A stretch of 60,769 bases of DNA, counting the filler, from Platydemus manokwari (lineage: Eukaryota): NCBI GenBank assembly GCA_037951405.1. It is 6 parts of 6 records of this genome, joined end to end, with 100 filler letters (N's around TTAATTAATTAA, not from the genome) between each part and the next. Parts side by side here need not be neighbours in the genome. Positions count along the whole stretch, not along the records: positions 1 to 10,848 come from JBBMOY011101109.1; positions 10,949 to 20,118 come from JBBMOY011288761.1; 4 more parts are not named here. One strand, given 5' to 3'. Below, piece by piece: positions 1 through 12,434 of the stretch (positions are counted from its first letter, which is position 1; each line of letters opens with the position of its first letter). The notes under the pieces are model-generated. The model did not search any database. It saw only the letters and a program-made list of their open reading frames with translations, and was not told where the DNA came from. Made by a program: the position numbers and the translations under genes.

Positions 1-972
1 ATACTGGTATTAATAGAAAACGGAGAACACTTTCGTATCATCTGATTTTACATTTAGTCGTATATCATTAAAGTTAGATATAGTGCACCTACTGTTTGAG
101 TTTTAGTCTTCTTATAAGTTGTTCATTTATATTTTGAACTTCTCATTTTCACAATTTAATTAAGGTTCATTAATTGAGGTATATTTTAGCTAACACATTA
201 AAATATAGGTAATCAAATCCTCACAATACCAATTATCGTTTGTGATATTCAGTTAAAAATGTTTAAAATGTCAATTTAATCTGACCTTCAATAAAGTACT
301 TAAAGGTAAAATGGTGATCATTGTTTTCAATCATACAAGAGTTCACTTCACCTTATCAGTACTAAGCATGTGGATTCGTAGAAATAATGATAAAGACAGT
401 AAAAGATATACTAGCTTGAGTATTGAAATCTGAGAATCGTCATTCGATTTGAAATAACTTGATATCTCTAATATAATTTATTCTTGATAGAACATATTAA
501 AGTGCTAACTCCATTCAACCTTTGAAAATTTTTAAACGAAACACATTGTTTACTGCATAGATAAAAATTAAACGAATCAATCAATGATGATCAAATCAAT
601 AAATATAGAAAAAATTTTGGTGTTGAAAAAATGGAGTTTATTAAATCTGAGTTAAAGGCCTTTTCGAATAAGATTTTAAATCAGTTAAACAATATTATTT
701 GATATTCCAGGTGAACCAGTATCTAAAAGAATGCCTGAAAAAGACCAAAGAAAATAGTTTAAAAAAATTATTGTACAGCTGTGTTCTTGGTTGTGATATT
801 TGTGATCACATTTGCTGGATTGTAAAAATTTCAATTTATGATATTGCATCACTTAAATTTAATTAATCATTTCCGAAGATAAATGATAGCAAAGACAAAA
901 TCAAAAACTTTTATAAATTCCGTAAATCAAAGGTCGTGCACAATAATCAGAACCAAAATGCATTTGAACTGA

Positions 973-1599
973 CTATAGGATAGTTAAGACCTTTTGTTCT
1001 CTCAGTGATTTGAGCTCAAATAGTAATGTTGAAGATATTTGTAATTTTAAAATGGATCTCCACAGAAGTCCAACCCTGATATTGGTATCAAAGTCATCTT
1101 TGTTTTCTAGCCACAAGCAAAGTTTTTGATCATTCACATTATCAGTGTACATCATTCCACAAACGCCAATGTTTTTCAAAGATTGCTTGTCCATACCAAG
1201 CAACCATTTTCCGGTTTTTATCCAGAGGCTTTTAAATGAAAATGATTTAATTTCGTTGTAATACTTCCAATCAGAATGCTGAGTATTTAAGCTTTTCAAA
1301 TTGTCTCTCGGACGCAAGATCCATCGGCAACCATTACGAAAATGGGTGAAATCCCAATCGGGATAGTATTCCTTCAGAAACATGGAACAATGACAATAAA
1401 AACTTCGGCCATTTTTAAATGTATCCAAAAGAGTAGCTTTTAAAAACTGCCTTTCATTATTTACTGAACCACAAAAATTAGTATTCCATTTATTCGAATC
1501 GGAAAGTTCATGAATATACAATCGCCAACGTCGATCATGATAGGAAGATAAACTTTCATTTGTATCATCACAATATGTCTCTACCAGAGCATCGTCCAT
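973..1599 (-). CDS. Divergent eIF4E-family (cap-binding fold) protein, intronless, 208 aa
   Basis: Motif order matches eIF4E: RWRLY (W43, W46>Y), KWNTN (W56), SMFLKEYYPDWD (FKxGIxPxWE), NGCRWIL (GGRW), SLWIKTGKWLLG (W130..LIG), VCG, KLCLW (K162/W166). Confidence 0.8.
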   Translation of the reverse strand: MDDALVETYCDDTNESLSSYHDRRWRLYIHELSDSNKWNTNFCGSVNNERQFLKATLLDTFKNGRSFYCHCSMFLKEYYPDWDFTHFRNGCRWILRPRDNLKSLNTQHSDWKYYNEIKSFSFKSLWIKTGKWLLGMDKQSLKNIGVCGMMYTDNVNDQKLCLWLENKDDFDTNIRVGLLWRSILKLQISSTLLFELKSLREQKVLTIL

Positions 1600-3307
1600 A
1601 TTTCAGATATTGTAAAATTTATATCATGTCAAAGTCCAATCGACGAAATGCGTAAAGTCTGATAAAAAAAAGCAAACGAACTCAATACAAACACAATTTT
1701 TGCTAATCGACGAAACACACTGATTTAGCCAATAGATTTCTAATATAAGCGAATAAATTCACACAACATGTTGCCATAGCAGTTTTGAACTTGTAATTTA
1801 AGTAATTTGAAATATTGAATTACTTTCATCGGGCCATAAATTTCAAGATTTATAATATTAATATCGAAATTATATATTTATCAATTTGAAAATTTCGGAA
1901 TATTATAGCACTTAAAATACAATTTTAATATAAAATCAATTAAACACAATTTTATGAATAATTTTCAAACTTTTCTAAAGTAAAGACTTTAGGTTTAATA
2001 ATTATTATATTACGTCAACCATTTTTATTTAAATAATATATAATGTAAGCAACAAAAAATACTTGACTAAATAAATTCCCGCACAAATTGTTTTATTCGG
2101 TAAAATTTAAAAAGTTTGAAATTGAATTAATAATATTGTGTTGAAAAAATATTTTAAAAATATTCATGAGCTTTGATTTTCGAATTGGTAATTGATTTGA
2201 AAAGGATAAAATGAAATTTCAAACTAAGAGTAAAAATTTTTAAATCTAGAAATCACAAGGAAACATGATAAAGGATTCTTCATTTCTTTCTAAATTTCAA
2301 ATTGTCAGACATAATAAGAAAAATTATTCAATTGCCTAATTTTTCTTCTATAATTGAACAGTTTAAATCGCAATTGAATACCTCGATAACCAATGAAGCA
2401 TTTTAAAATTTTAATAAAACCTTAAAATGCTTATTAATAAAATTACATAAATAAATAACCGAAGGATGTAATCACATATTATTCCTTAGCAAACCTCCGT
2501 CCAAATTTATATTAATATAATGTGAAGCGGAGATGCACAAAGGAGTTAATTATGATTAGTGATTTGGTAAACAACCGAACGTCGATTAGAATAAAAGAAT
2601 TAAAAATTGATCATACTAAATTCATAGTTTCAATATTATTCTTTTATATGCAAATTGGTAACAGGAAATAATATCAATAAAAAGTTGATAACAACTGATA
2701 AATATTGTATTCATCTGTTCAGCTGGACAAATAATTTTCAACTAATGAAATTATATGAATCTTTAATATCAATTTCATTATATAATTTTTGGATTATTAT
2801 TTAACCTATCGTAATATCGTGAAGAAATTAACAAACTCGAAATATAGCTTTAATAATTCAAACTCAACTGACTTTAATGTCTAAATTATAGTTTTAAGAA
2901 GGAAAAATAATTTCACTATATTACAAATTTACAAATCATATTTAATCCAATCGTTAAAATTTAAAAATAACTTCTCTTAAGAATAAATAAAATTTGTGCA
3001 ATTAACAATTCATTTTATCACTACCAGAGACAGAATCAGTTAGTAATTCGAATCTACTGATTTTCATAGATGGTATTTAAAAATGATAATTTAATCTTAC
3101 TCAAACCACCTCACAAGGTATAACGAAAGATTATTTAGTGTGTCCAGTTCATTAAAAAATCTACAAATACTAAACCTTAAGAATCTGAAGTATAATCTCA
3201 CTGATTTATTTCTATAAGAATTTTGCTTATTTTAAAAATTATCATATCTAAAATCAATATTAATACTTTTTTCAATGATAATGACACAACACCAATGATT
3301 TTTGTTA

Positions 3308-4012
3308 GAGAAATGGTTCCAAACAACCAAAGATTTCGCGACCTGTAATCAAATTGAACTATCATTTGCATTTTACATGCTTTTGAGAGATCACGCCAAA
3401 CAGCTATGGCATGAATTCAGCAGTTTCAAAGAGGCTGTTTCAAATGAAGAAATTGAGAAATGGTTTTTAGAAACATTTTCACGTGCCTACACAATGTACG
3501 ACAAAGTTCAGGATTTGGCAACAATGCAACAAAGACCAGATGAAAAATATCGCAGTTTTGAACTTCGAGTAAAGAAGCTAGTTTCGGAGATATTTGATAA
3601 GAAAAACACTCTTGAAGAAATTTCAAGACTATTTATTCTGCAAAGTCTAAATAGCAAAAAATTGAAAGTCTTTTACTTTCGACCCTGCAATCGTCCAACG
3701 ATAGAAAAAGAGACCTAGCTGTCAATTTGAGAAGTTAACTCCGATGAAGGAGACTTTCAGAAGGAGACTTCGTTCAAAAAGTCTAGTACAATCGTACAGA
3801 AAAGAGATTTTGGTGTAAAGGAATATCATCGACTACCAGTTAATCGCATTGAATTTCCAAACATTAAGAGACCAACAAGATCAATGAAGGCTACTGCCTC
3901 TAAATTTTACAACGATTGTAGATGAAAACCAACACCACGTGATGATTATTTGAAACCAGGAGCTTGTTTTTGCTGTGGTGAGCTTGGACAATGAAGTTTG
4001 AATGTTCACTGT
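3308..4012 (+). pseudogene. Gypsy gag (capsid region plus degenerate CCHC knuckle)
   Basis: ORF 3302-3718 resembles retrotransposon gag; a CFCCGELG knuckle remnant starts at 3965. Confidence 0.75.
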
Positions 4013-4299
4013 GGAATAAATGTTTGTTAGCCAGGAAGCCTAGTTACAATAGTCAAAGGAGAATATTGTGCATCCATGACGAATAAAATGAAATCGATAT
4101 TCAAACGGAAAGTGAAACAAGTGACTATGTTAGCTCACTCACCATGGAAGACAAAAAAACTGGCGTTAACCTCCTGTGCCTATCTCGTCAGTGGGGTTGA
4201 GTCAATAGAACACATATCAACTACAGATGGAATAGAAGTAAAGAAGAAAGTAGGCAAGAGGAAGAGGAAGCATTCACAGATGTATCAGAAAGCAGATGG

Positions 4300-4620
4300 T
4301 AGTCAGTGGAGTAAAATTGAGTGCAACGATGCACATATTGAAATGTTATGGGATTCTGGTGCATCAATAACATTAATGAACGAGAGTAATTGGAGGCGCA
4401 TTGGAGAGTCGCAGATTAAAAATTCTGAAGTTCGATTGGCTGGTGTATTTTCCAATACACACAAATCGTGTCTAGGGAAAATAAGGATCCCAATAGTTTG
4501 GAACAACAAAATTCTAGAAAAGGAAATCATTGTAGTAAAAGAAATATCACCAGGATTTATAGAAGGAGTTGATATGGTGTAGACTTGTGGAATATTCCTT
4601 GCAGGGATAAAATCAATTGA
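4300..4620 (+). pseudogene. Gypsy aspartic protease
   Basis: Active-site motif LWDSGASITLM at 4346; C-terminal FIEGVD resembles ILGxD. Confidence 0.85.
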
Positions 4621-4769
4621 TGCCAAAGACGTGGGAAATACAGTGACCAAGACATAATCGAAACGGAACTAAAGAGTATTGATGATAAGAACGATATTTG
4701 TTGAATAGGTATATAAAAGATAATGGCTCAATTTTTATGGCTTCTCGGTTCGATTTGTGACTATCAGAT

Positions 4770-5740
4770 TTGGTGAAGCACGAAAACTGTACAAAAGGGG
4801 AACCTATTGGTCAAAATCCCAGAATGCAGCCAATAAATTTAAAAACCAAAATTCAAGAATTGATAGAAAATCTTCTCGAAAGTAATGTCATAACGCCGTG
4901 CAAAAGCCCTTGGAACTCACTTTTGGTAGTGGTTCCAATGAAAGATGGATCAATCAGGGTGTGTTTAGACTTTAGAAAGTTAAACGAACAGACTGAGAAG
5001 TTTTCTTTTCCGGGACATGATATCCAAACGTTATTGGACTCTGTGTATGGAGTGACGGTTTTTTCCACGATAGATTTTGGCCAAGCATATTATCAGGTTG
5101 AACTTGAGGAAGATTCTAAAATGATAACGGTGTTCAGAACTAGAACTGGGCAGTTTTAACAGACTACCTTTTGGAGTATTTAACGTGCCAACAACGTTTC
5201 AGAGTCTAATGAATACTATATTCATGGACTTGATTTACAAAGGCGTTTTTGTTTATCTGGACGATATTTTAGTGTATGGAATAACAGTAGAGGAACGCAA
5301 TGAGAAACTGAACAAAGTATTCAGGTTGATTAAATTATCAGGTTTGAAAATCAATCCCAAGGGATGTGCTTTTTGCACTGGAAAATTAAATTTTCTCGGT
5401 TATACGCTTAGTGCATAAGGTTTAGAAACTAATAACGGCAAAGTGAAGATTAAAGAAGCAATTAAACCTGGTTGCATCCCGAGAAATGCACTTTTGGCAC
5501 TAGAAAATTGAATTTCTTGGGTCATACGGTCAGTACAGAAGGTATAGAAACTAATGACGACAAAGTAAAGATTAAGGAAGCAATTAAACCTGGTTGCATA
5601 ATTCAGTTGAGATCGTTCCTAGGATTATGTAATTATTACAGAAGATTTATCAAGGACTACGAACTATTTACGGCTTCGTTATATGCGATGATGACTGGAA
5701 GTGACAAGAAATTTGAGTGGAGTACAGAGTGTGAGTAAAG
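4770..5740 (+). pseudogene. Gypsy reverse transcriptase (frameshifted)
   Basis: SPWNS, KDGSIRVCLDFRKLN, FSTIDFGQAYYQV, RLPFG, YLDD (5254-5265), FLGH, LRSFLGLCNYYRRFI. Confidence 0.95.
5354..5597 (+). repeat. 122-bp tandem duplication inside RT
   Basis: 5354-5475 and 5476-5597 both run from ATCCC to AATTAAACCTGGTTGC; about 21 mismatches by hand count. Confidence 0.9.
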
Positions 5741-5780
5741 CTTTGAAAATCTTAAGGAACAATTATGTACAGCTCCGATT

Positions 5781-6170
5781 TTGTCCTTTCCAGATCGAAA
5801 CAAAGAGATTATATTAGACACCGATTCTAGTTTCGGAGTGATTGAAGGCGTTCTAAGGCAGCTGGATGACAATGGAAAAGAAAGAGTAGTGGCCTATGGT
5901 TCTAGAACTCTTAACAGTTATGAAAAAGGTTATTGCGTTACAAGGAAAGAGCTTTTGGCAATCCACGAGTTTACTATGCATTTTAAACATTATCTGTTGG
6001 GAAAGAAATTTGTGACTCGCACCGATCACAAAGTCTTGACATACATGAAGAAAACTAGCAAACCAATTATCCATTAGTTTCAGAAATGGTTTGCAAACTT
6101 ATCCGGATTCAGTTTCGAACTTCACTATCAGAAACGATCAGATCATAGAAATGCAGATGGACTCTCAAGG
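5781..6170 (+). pseudogene. Gypsy RNase H
   Basis: LDTDSS, VVAYGSRTL, YCVTRKELLAI, RTDHK, NADGLSR. Confidence 0.9.
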
Positions 6171-6479
6171 ATAGGCGAAGTATTTTGTTTACAATGCTTA
6201 ACCCAGCACCAGGGAGCTCAAGAAGGTAAACCAAAAGACCGGGTTATTGATGTTGTCGAGCATTCAATTGCAAATAATGACGAACTAAGAAAGATTCAAC
6301 AAAAAGATGCAGTCGTTGATTCCATTCGAAAATGGATAAGGAAAACAGAAGCAGAAGTCAATTCAACGGTCAAGAAACGCAAATATTTTAACAGTTTAGA
6401 GAAATATGAATTGTTTGAAGATATGGTGGCGTATAATGAAAATATAAAGAAACGCAGAAACTTAAGAGATATCTTCAGG

Positions 6480-7060
6480 AGGAGTTGTACCATATTGGTA
6501 ATAAGAAATTGGTCAATTATATTCAAAAAATTTAATTCTGGTCAAATATGTCACGAAGCATAGAACACGAAGTGCGGAATTGTGATATCTGTGCTAAACG
6601 GAAGATATACACTGGACGGACTAAAAAGATTATGATTCCCAGGGAAGAGTTTGGTCCTCTGGAACGAATCGTTGTTGAAGTTGCGCACTTTGGGGAATTT
6701 ATGACTAAAACCAGGTATTTGTTGGTTGTTATCGATAGATTCAGTAAGTTAGTAAGCTTTGAGCCAAAATTCATCATCGATAAATGGATTTATAGGTATG
6801 GTGCCCCAAAATCAATGCTCACTGATCAGAGTAGAGTCTTCGAAGGAAGGGAAATGAAACAATTAGCGACACCTTTTGGAATAAAACAAAAATTTATCTC
6901 CCCATACCAACATCAGGCAAATGGCTTAGCCGAAAGGATGATTAGGACGGGCCGAGACATGTTGGTAACAACGATGGCATCAGAGAAATAGGCTTGGGAG
7001 TTCAGAGTTCAATTCAACATTCTCCTTTTGAAATATTGTTTGGTCAGAGAATTAATATGC
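6480..7060 (+). pseudogene. Gypsy integrase
   Basis: HIG and CDIC zinc-finger residues, IDRFSK, YGAPKSMLTDQ, SPYQHQANGLAER. Confidence 0.9.
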
Positions 7061-8385
7061 ATGGGTCAAGACTATGAACCAAGCCGGCATGACCAGGTCA
7101 TCAAAGAAAAGGAAAATCAGCTAAAATCAGTAGTCACAAACTTAAAGAAATTGGATGCTAAAAAAAGTTGTAGAATTTTCAGTTGAAGAAGTTTTAGTGA
7201 AGAAAGAACTACATAAGATAAAGAACGGAGATCGTTATGAAGGTCCTCACATAATTCTTAAATTTTTATACCCACATCAAGTACTTTTTGATTTCCAGAG
7301 ACAACCAAAACTTGAATTGTATGGATTGATGATGATGGATATTTTCTCTTCTTTGGTACACTATCTGTTTCATGGTTGTCTGAATAGAATTATGTTCTTC
7401 TTAGCATGTTACTGAATTGAATCCAACCGATTGATCCAGTCCCCATAATTGGATTAGTCTAGACTTTAGACTCCCTATTCATTCGGTGATTGAAATTCTG
7501 TAATACAACTCCATTTCGTTTGGGTTTAATTTTGACATCTGACTTATTTGCTGCTTTACAAATTCTTTCTCTATATCATATTTGCCTAGTCCCAAAGTTA
7601 TTTTTATTTTTATCTGTTGACTCTTTCAATTGTTGCCTTCGCTCATTAGTTTGTATATTTTCTGGGGAGGGGGGGTAAAAATCATCTTCACCGATAATCA
7701 TTATCGCTGTTAATAAACATTTTATTATCTTCCTTTTTATCTAAATATATAAGATTATTTTTAAATATTTTATTCTCCCTTTAAATATAGATCATTTCCG
7801 CTAATAATATTGATATTTTATTTTTGGAATCTCTTTTCCCCATTCTGATCTTTTAAGAGTTCACTGACCTGTTTATGGTGCAACATCGCTTTCTTTCGTG
7901 AACTATAATTTCCACATTTAAAATTTGTGGGTCTGCCCAGGTGAGTACACTGAGGGCTTTGCCTAGCAATTCCCGCTCATAAATCTTTATCTTCCTGACT
8001 ATAATCGAATACTGGTTATCATATTAATGACAAATTCATTGAGCCTTCGTTTTCTCTATAAGTTTCAATAACTATCTATATCATCTGAAATGTTCTTTTT
8101 AAGCATCCTTATTTATCATCTAGATTCACCTCCCAACATTTTTTACTTTAATTTAAATAAGACCCTTATAAACAATTTCTGAGATTGATAGTATAGTGTA
8201 ATATTAAATGTTGTGACATTACAAACAAATATTCATAATAATAAACTATTTTATAAGTTAACCATGAATTTCTAAAATTTCAGATGTTTAACTTGATTTT
8301 CTTCAAGTGTTACTCATTAAGAAACTTATCATTATTATTTTATTCAGATATAATTATAATCTCAGAAAAGAAATATTGGGTAACG

Positions 8386-8572
8386 AGGTATGACGTAATG
8401 GTTGCGGGTTTGAATATGCCACCGAAGGAGTTATTAATCGAGTATATCTAACGTTGGAAGATAGAAAGACTACGAAAAGAAACCAATTTGTGGGCTAGTT
8501 TTGGCATTAGTCAATGGTTCAATTAGTAAGCAGAGCTAGCTAACAATTTCGGCACACACACACACATATATA
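8386..8572 (+). mobile_element. Possible tRNA-derived SINE relic
   Basis: A-box-like TGACGTAATGG, degenerate B-box-like TAATCGAGT, ending in a (CA)n/(TA)n tail. Confidence 0.25.
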
Positions 8573-10065
8573 TAAGCACTTTATATAAAATATAACCACA
8601 AGAATATATACCCAAATTGATCATATTGAAGTAAAATTTCAAGTAAATCACGAAATTATCATTTAAGGAAATTATGATAACCGGACAATTTAATAACAAT
8701 CGATGTTGTGTACACGGTATAAGATAATATTATTTAATCAATTAATATAATTTTAATTTAAGCAATTATAAAAATTAAATGAAAAACAATATTGAAATTG
8801 ATAATAATAATTACAAAAATCTAAAATGTATTAAATTGATAACGAGAAATCATGAAACCCACGAATCAACATTAAAACAGTATTATTAATATCCAATCAG
8901 AATCCAAGCAAGAATATATTTACATTTGATGACTTTATAGCAGATTTTTGCTTGCTAAAATATTTTTGAATTGATTCAATCTGAAAATTAATTTCGCAAC
9001 AAAATTAATTAAATATATATATAATTCATGTTATCAAGATTTGTGAATTATCGACAAATTTTCAAGTTATAAATAAATATTTTTATTCATTTATTCAAAC
9101 TCGAAAAATTCATTTTCACACACTTTTATCATAATCGATAAACAGTGCAATAAGAAATGCAATGTGAAAAATTTAAAAACGTAAATGTTGAGAATGTAGA
9201 AAAACAAAGAATTTTCTAAATATTAAATTATTTATCTATTTTGACAGATTTTTTCATGTATGATAAAATAAAATTATTATCATTGATTGAGTTATTCCAA
9301 ATTTGACATATGTTGCCTAAAAATAGCCTACATTCTTTTATTTTCTACTTTTTTTCTGGATTATTTATAATCCCACACAAAAGGTCTTTATTTGGTAGAT
9401 TAATGTTTGCAAAATTGTCATATTGAATTTGAATATTTCAGGCACTAATAACACTATCAATATAAATAGAATAGATCATTCATAACAACCAATATTGCCG
9501 CTTATGCTTCATATAAACTGTCTATTGTATACGAAAAGCGCAAATTCATTAATGCAATTTTATTGATTTTCTACTAGTTGTCTTGAAATAAATTTGATAA
9601 AAATAATATAATAACTAAAAACTAATCTATTAATATCATAAAGTAATTTTATAACTATAACTTCTGATTTAAAAATTTAAAATAAATTGAATTTTAATAA
9701 TATATAAAAATAAAATAAAATTTAAAAAATAAATTAAATATTGTACGTGACATAGTGATGGCTTATCGATTTAAAGTTTACGTTAAATAGTATAAAAGAA
9801 AATATTAGATTATCTATCCAATTAAACTCAATCAAAATTAGAGAAAATCAATAATTTTCCATGATTGATTTCCGAATATCTTCACCCAAAAATCAGTTGT
9901 TTGATTGTTTTAAAGCCGAAATTTTATTTCAAACTTCCTAGCTTGAATAAAAACTTAAAAATTTATATACATATATGATTCTAGAGCAAGCATATTGTCG
10001 ACTTCAATATAAAAATCAAAATATGGAATATATTATGAAACAAAAATATCCGAAATTAAACTCAC

Positions 10066-10598
10066 TGTGTATTCAATGAAGCTTGTAAACTCTAGAAAAC
10101 GATAAATAATTAATAATTGAAAACGATTGATATGGCGAATAAATTTCCAATAAATTTATTTAAATGATGCACGAAATCACCTTTAAATGATCAATATCCG
10201 ATTCGAAATAATTTACGATATTCCTCAACGAAGAAGTGCTAGAAACCACTCTAAGATATACAAAACGTTTATTTTATAGAGAATTCGTTAAAGAGATCTA
10301 CTCGTCCCCCAATCGTGTCGGTGATTTATCGGATTTATAAGACAGAAAACTTTTGCGTATTGGTATTCTAGGAGAACTGTCACTGAAATTATCGTATATC
10401 TCTGAAAATTTTGAAAAGCGTTGACGTTTAGGTTTGCTCTTGCGTGTTTTCAGCTTCCTTTTTTGAATAAATTGTGGTGTAAAGCAGAACAATTCATCAT
10501 TTTCATGATCTGGAGAGCCTCTGGCTTTTTCGATTGGCTGGTTATATTTATCTGGTTCGGAATAATCAATTATTATTTGATCCATCTGCTCTTTTTTA
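10066..10598 (-). CDS. Exons of an unidentified spliced host gene (Ser/Lys/Arg-rich)
   Basis: Acceptor TTGCAG near 10599; ORF 10585-10302; 51-bp GT-AG intron (10301-10251) continuing in frame as EVVSSTSSLRNIVNYFESDIDHLK; a further small exon SLQASLNT ends in GTGAGT. Confidence 0.45.
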
Positions 10599-10784
10599 CT
10601 GCAATAATAATAATAATATCATGATATCAAAGATCAATAAAATTATGCAAAAATATAACATGGCAGGTACAAAGAGATAATGGAAAATAGAGAAAATTGC
10701 TTTATGAGCCAATAGAAAACAATAAAATTTATGCAAAATGAATTTCAAAAATTTCAATTATTAATATATATATATATATATATA

Positions 10785-10848
10785 TACCAGGTTGAGTCAA
10801 AAGTTATTCATGTTTTTATGCAGGTATTTTATTAACACAAATTGTTAT
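10785..10848 (+). mobile_element. Possible Tc1/mariner terminus at contig end, inserted in (TA)n
   Basis: TA followed by CCAGGTTGAGTCAAAAGTT resembles mariner TIR starts; the partner end is not visible. Confidence 0.3.
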
Positions 10849-10948
10849 NNNNNNNNNNNNNNNNNNNNNNNNNNNNNNNNNNNNNNNNNNNNTTAATTAA
10901 TTAANNNNNNNNNNNNNNNNNNNNNNNNNNNNNNNNNNNNNNNNNNNN
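10849..10948. other. Artificial contig spacer
   Basis: N44-TTAATTAATTAA-N44, giving stops in all six frames. Confidence 0.98.
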
Positions 10949-12363
10949 ATGATTCTTAACAACATTCAGGGTATCACAAAGATAATCTTAATACGTTTTG
11001 AGTTCATTTGATAATGGGAAAACAACAGGAAAATTCATAACTAAAACGGTAAAATTAAACATATGTTTGTTATGTTAATACTCTATTTTCCAGCTAAAAT
11101 GAATCCAATGTATTATTTTAATCGATGTAACTCATTGGTGTCTATTACACTTGCATTATTTTATTGACTTTTAAAAGTCTAGTATCATGAAATTTATAAA
11201 ATATATATTATATCATATTAAGAATTTACTGTTGCTAATGTTTACATCAATCATACTTCCTGTTTTGAATATTTAAATTTAAATGTACACTTTTCCATTG
11301 TTTACATATTTACATAAACACAAAATACATATTAATGGAAAGCGAAAACACCTTTTTGATTATAAATCGTTTTAGGATAGATCTTCAAAATGACATTCTT
11401 CAGTTGATTGTCAAAGCAAATCTTTAAAAAAATGAGATAAGAAACTCTTAACAGTAATTGGTTACCAAATTTCTCTATGAGATTGAAATATTAAAGAGAA
11501 CACACACACACAATGATCGATAATATTTTATGGCTAAGTTGTCGATTAATGTGTTCTGATGAAATTTGATGTTGTATAACAATCTTCGATAGTTCTCAAA
11601 ATGGTACAAAAACAAATAAATCAGTCATTAGAATCGTTCAAAACCATTTACTTGAATCCATAACGTGTACATATATAATCAATCAACTCGGAACCAGTTG
11701 ATAGAACAGTATTATTGAACCAAACTTATTACAATTACAAGTATACAGAATAATCCAACCCAATACTGCACATCATCGAAATTCGTCCAACCGAAGAACA
11801 CAACAATAAAACTTTGAGGACTGCAAATATATTGTCATTGAACCTAATATCGAATAAAATTCCAGATACGTGTAATTTAAAACGTAAATTGGACAAAAAT
11901 TTTGCGGGTTTGTCAGTTACCAGTCACCCGTGTATCAATTGTTTCATTTTAATTATTTTCTTAGACAAGTTGTGCTTTATTTAACTGAAAAAAAGTTCCC
12001 ATTTGTTATTTAGATTTCATTCCAACAATATTTAAAACGATTAAATTATCATCAAACGTAGATTGGACGAAAAAGACTTTGACAAGATTGGTCAAACAGA
12101 AAATTATTAAAGATTTTCAAACTATAAATGAAAATTGTTTGAAGAATAAAAAGTTTATTCATGAATAAAATGAATTTTCGATTATTTGTATTTGAAATTA
12201 ATTATTTTAAGAAGTTTATTTGTTAAAATCAATAGTGTATTATTATTGGTTGAATTAGGTTAGGGTAAGGGTTAAATAGTGACTTTCAAACTGGAATGCA
12301 TTGAACAAATGTTTAAGAATGGACCATTTTAAAATTGCTTTAAATTATTGGTTAACTATTTTC

Positions 12364-12365
<2 letters not shown>

Positions 12366-12421
<56 letters not shown>

Positions 12422-12434
12422 GTTATTATTATTA
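12366..12434. repeat. (TTA)n microsatellite
   Basis: About 23 TTA units; source of the poly-Leu ORF. Confidence 0.95.

Larger units (their letters stand above)
3308..7300 (+). mobile_element. Decayed Ty3/Gypsy LTR retrotransposon internal region (copy 1); no LTR, PBS or PPT recognised
   Basis: Domain order gag-PR-RT-RNaseH-IN with many stops and frameshifts. Homology to copy 2 starts abruptly at GAGAAATGGTTCC (3308). The 3' limit is approximate. Confidence 0.95.

Noticed and set aside
5150-5159. Both Gypsy copies stop after GQF, suggesting a programmed stop
   Set aside because: Different causes: a small deletion in copy 1 and the NUMT junction in copy 2.
12256-12275. Telomeric TTAGGG-like repeat
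   Set aside because: Only about three degenerate units; too short to interpret.
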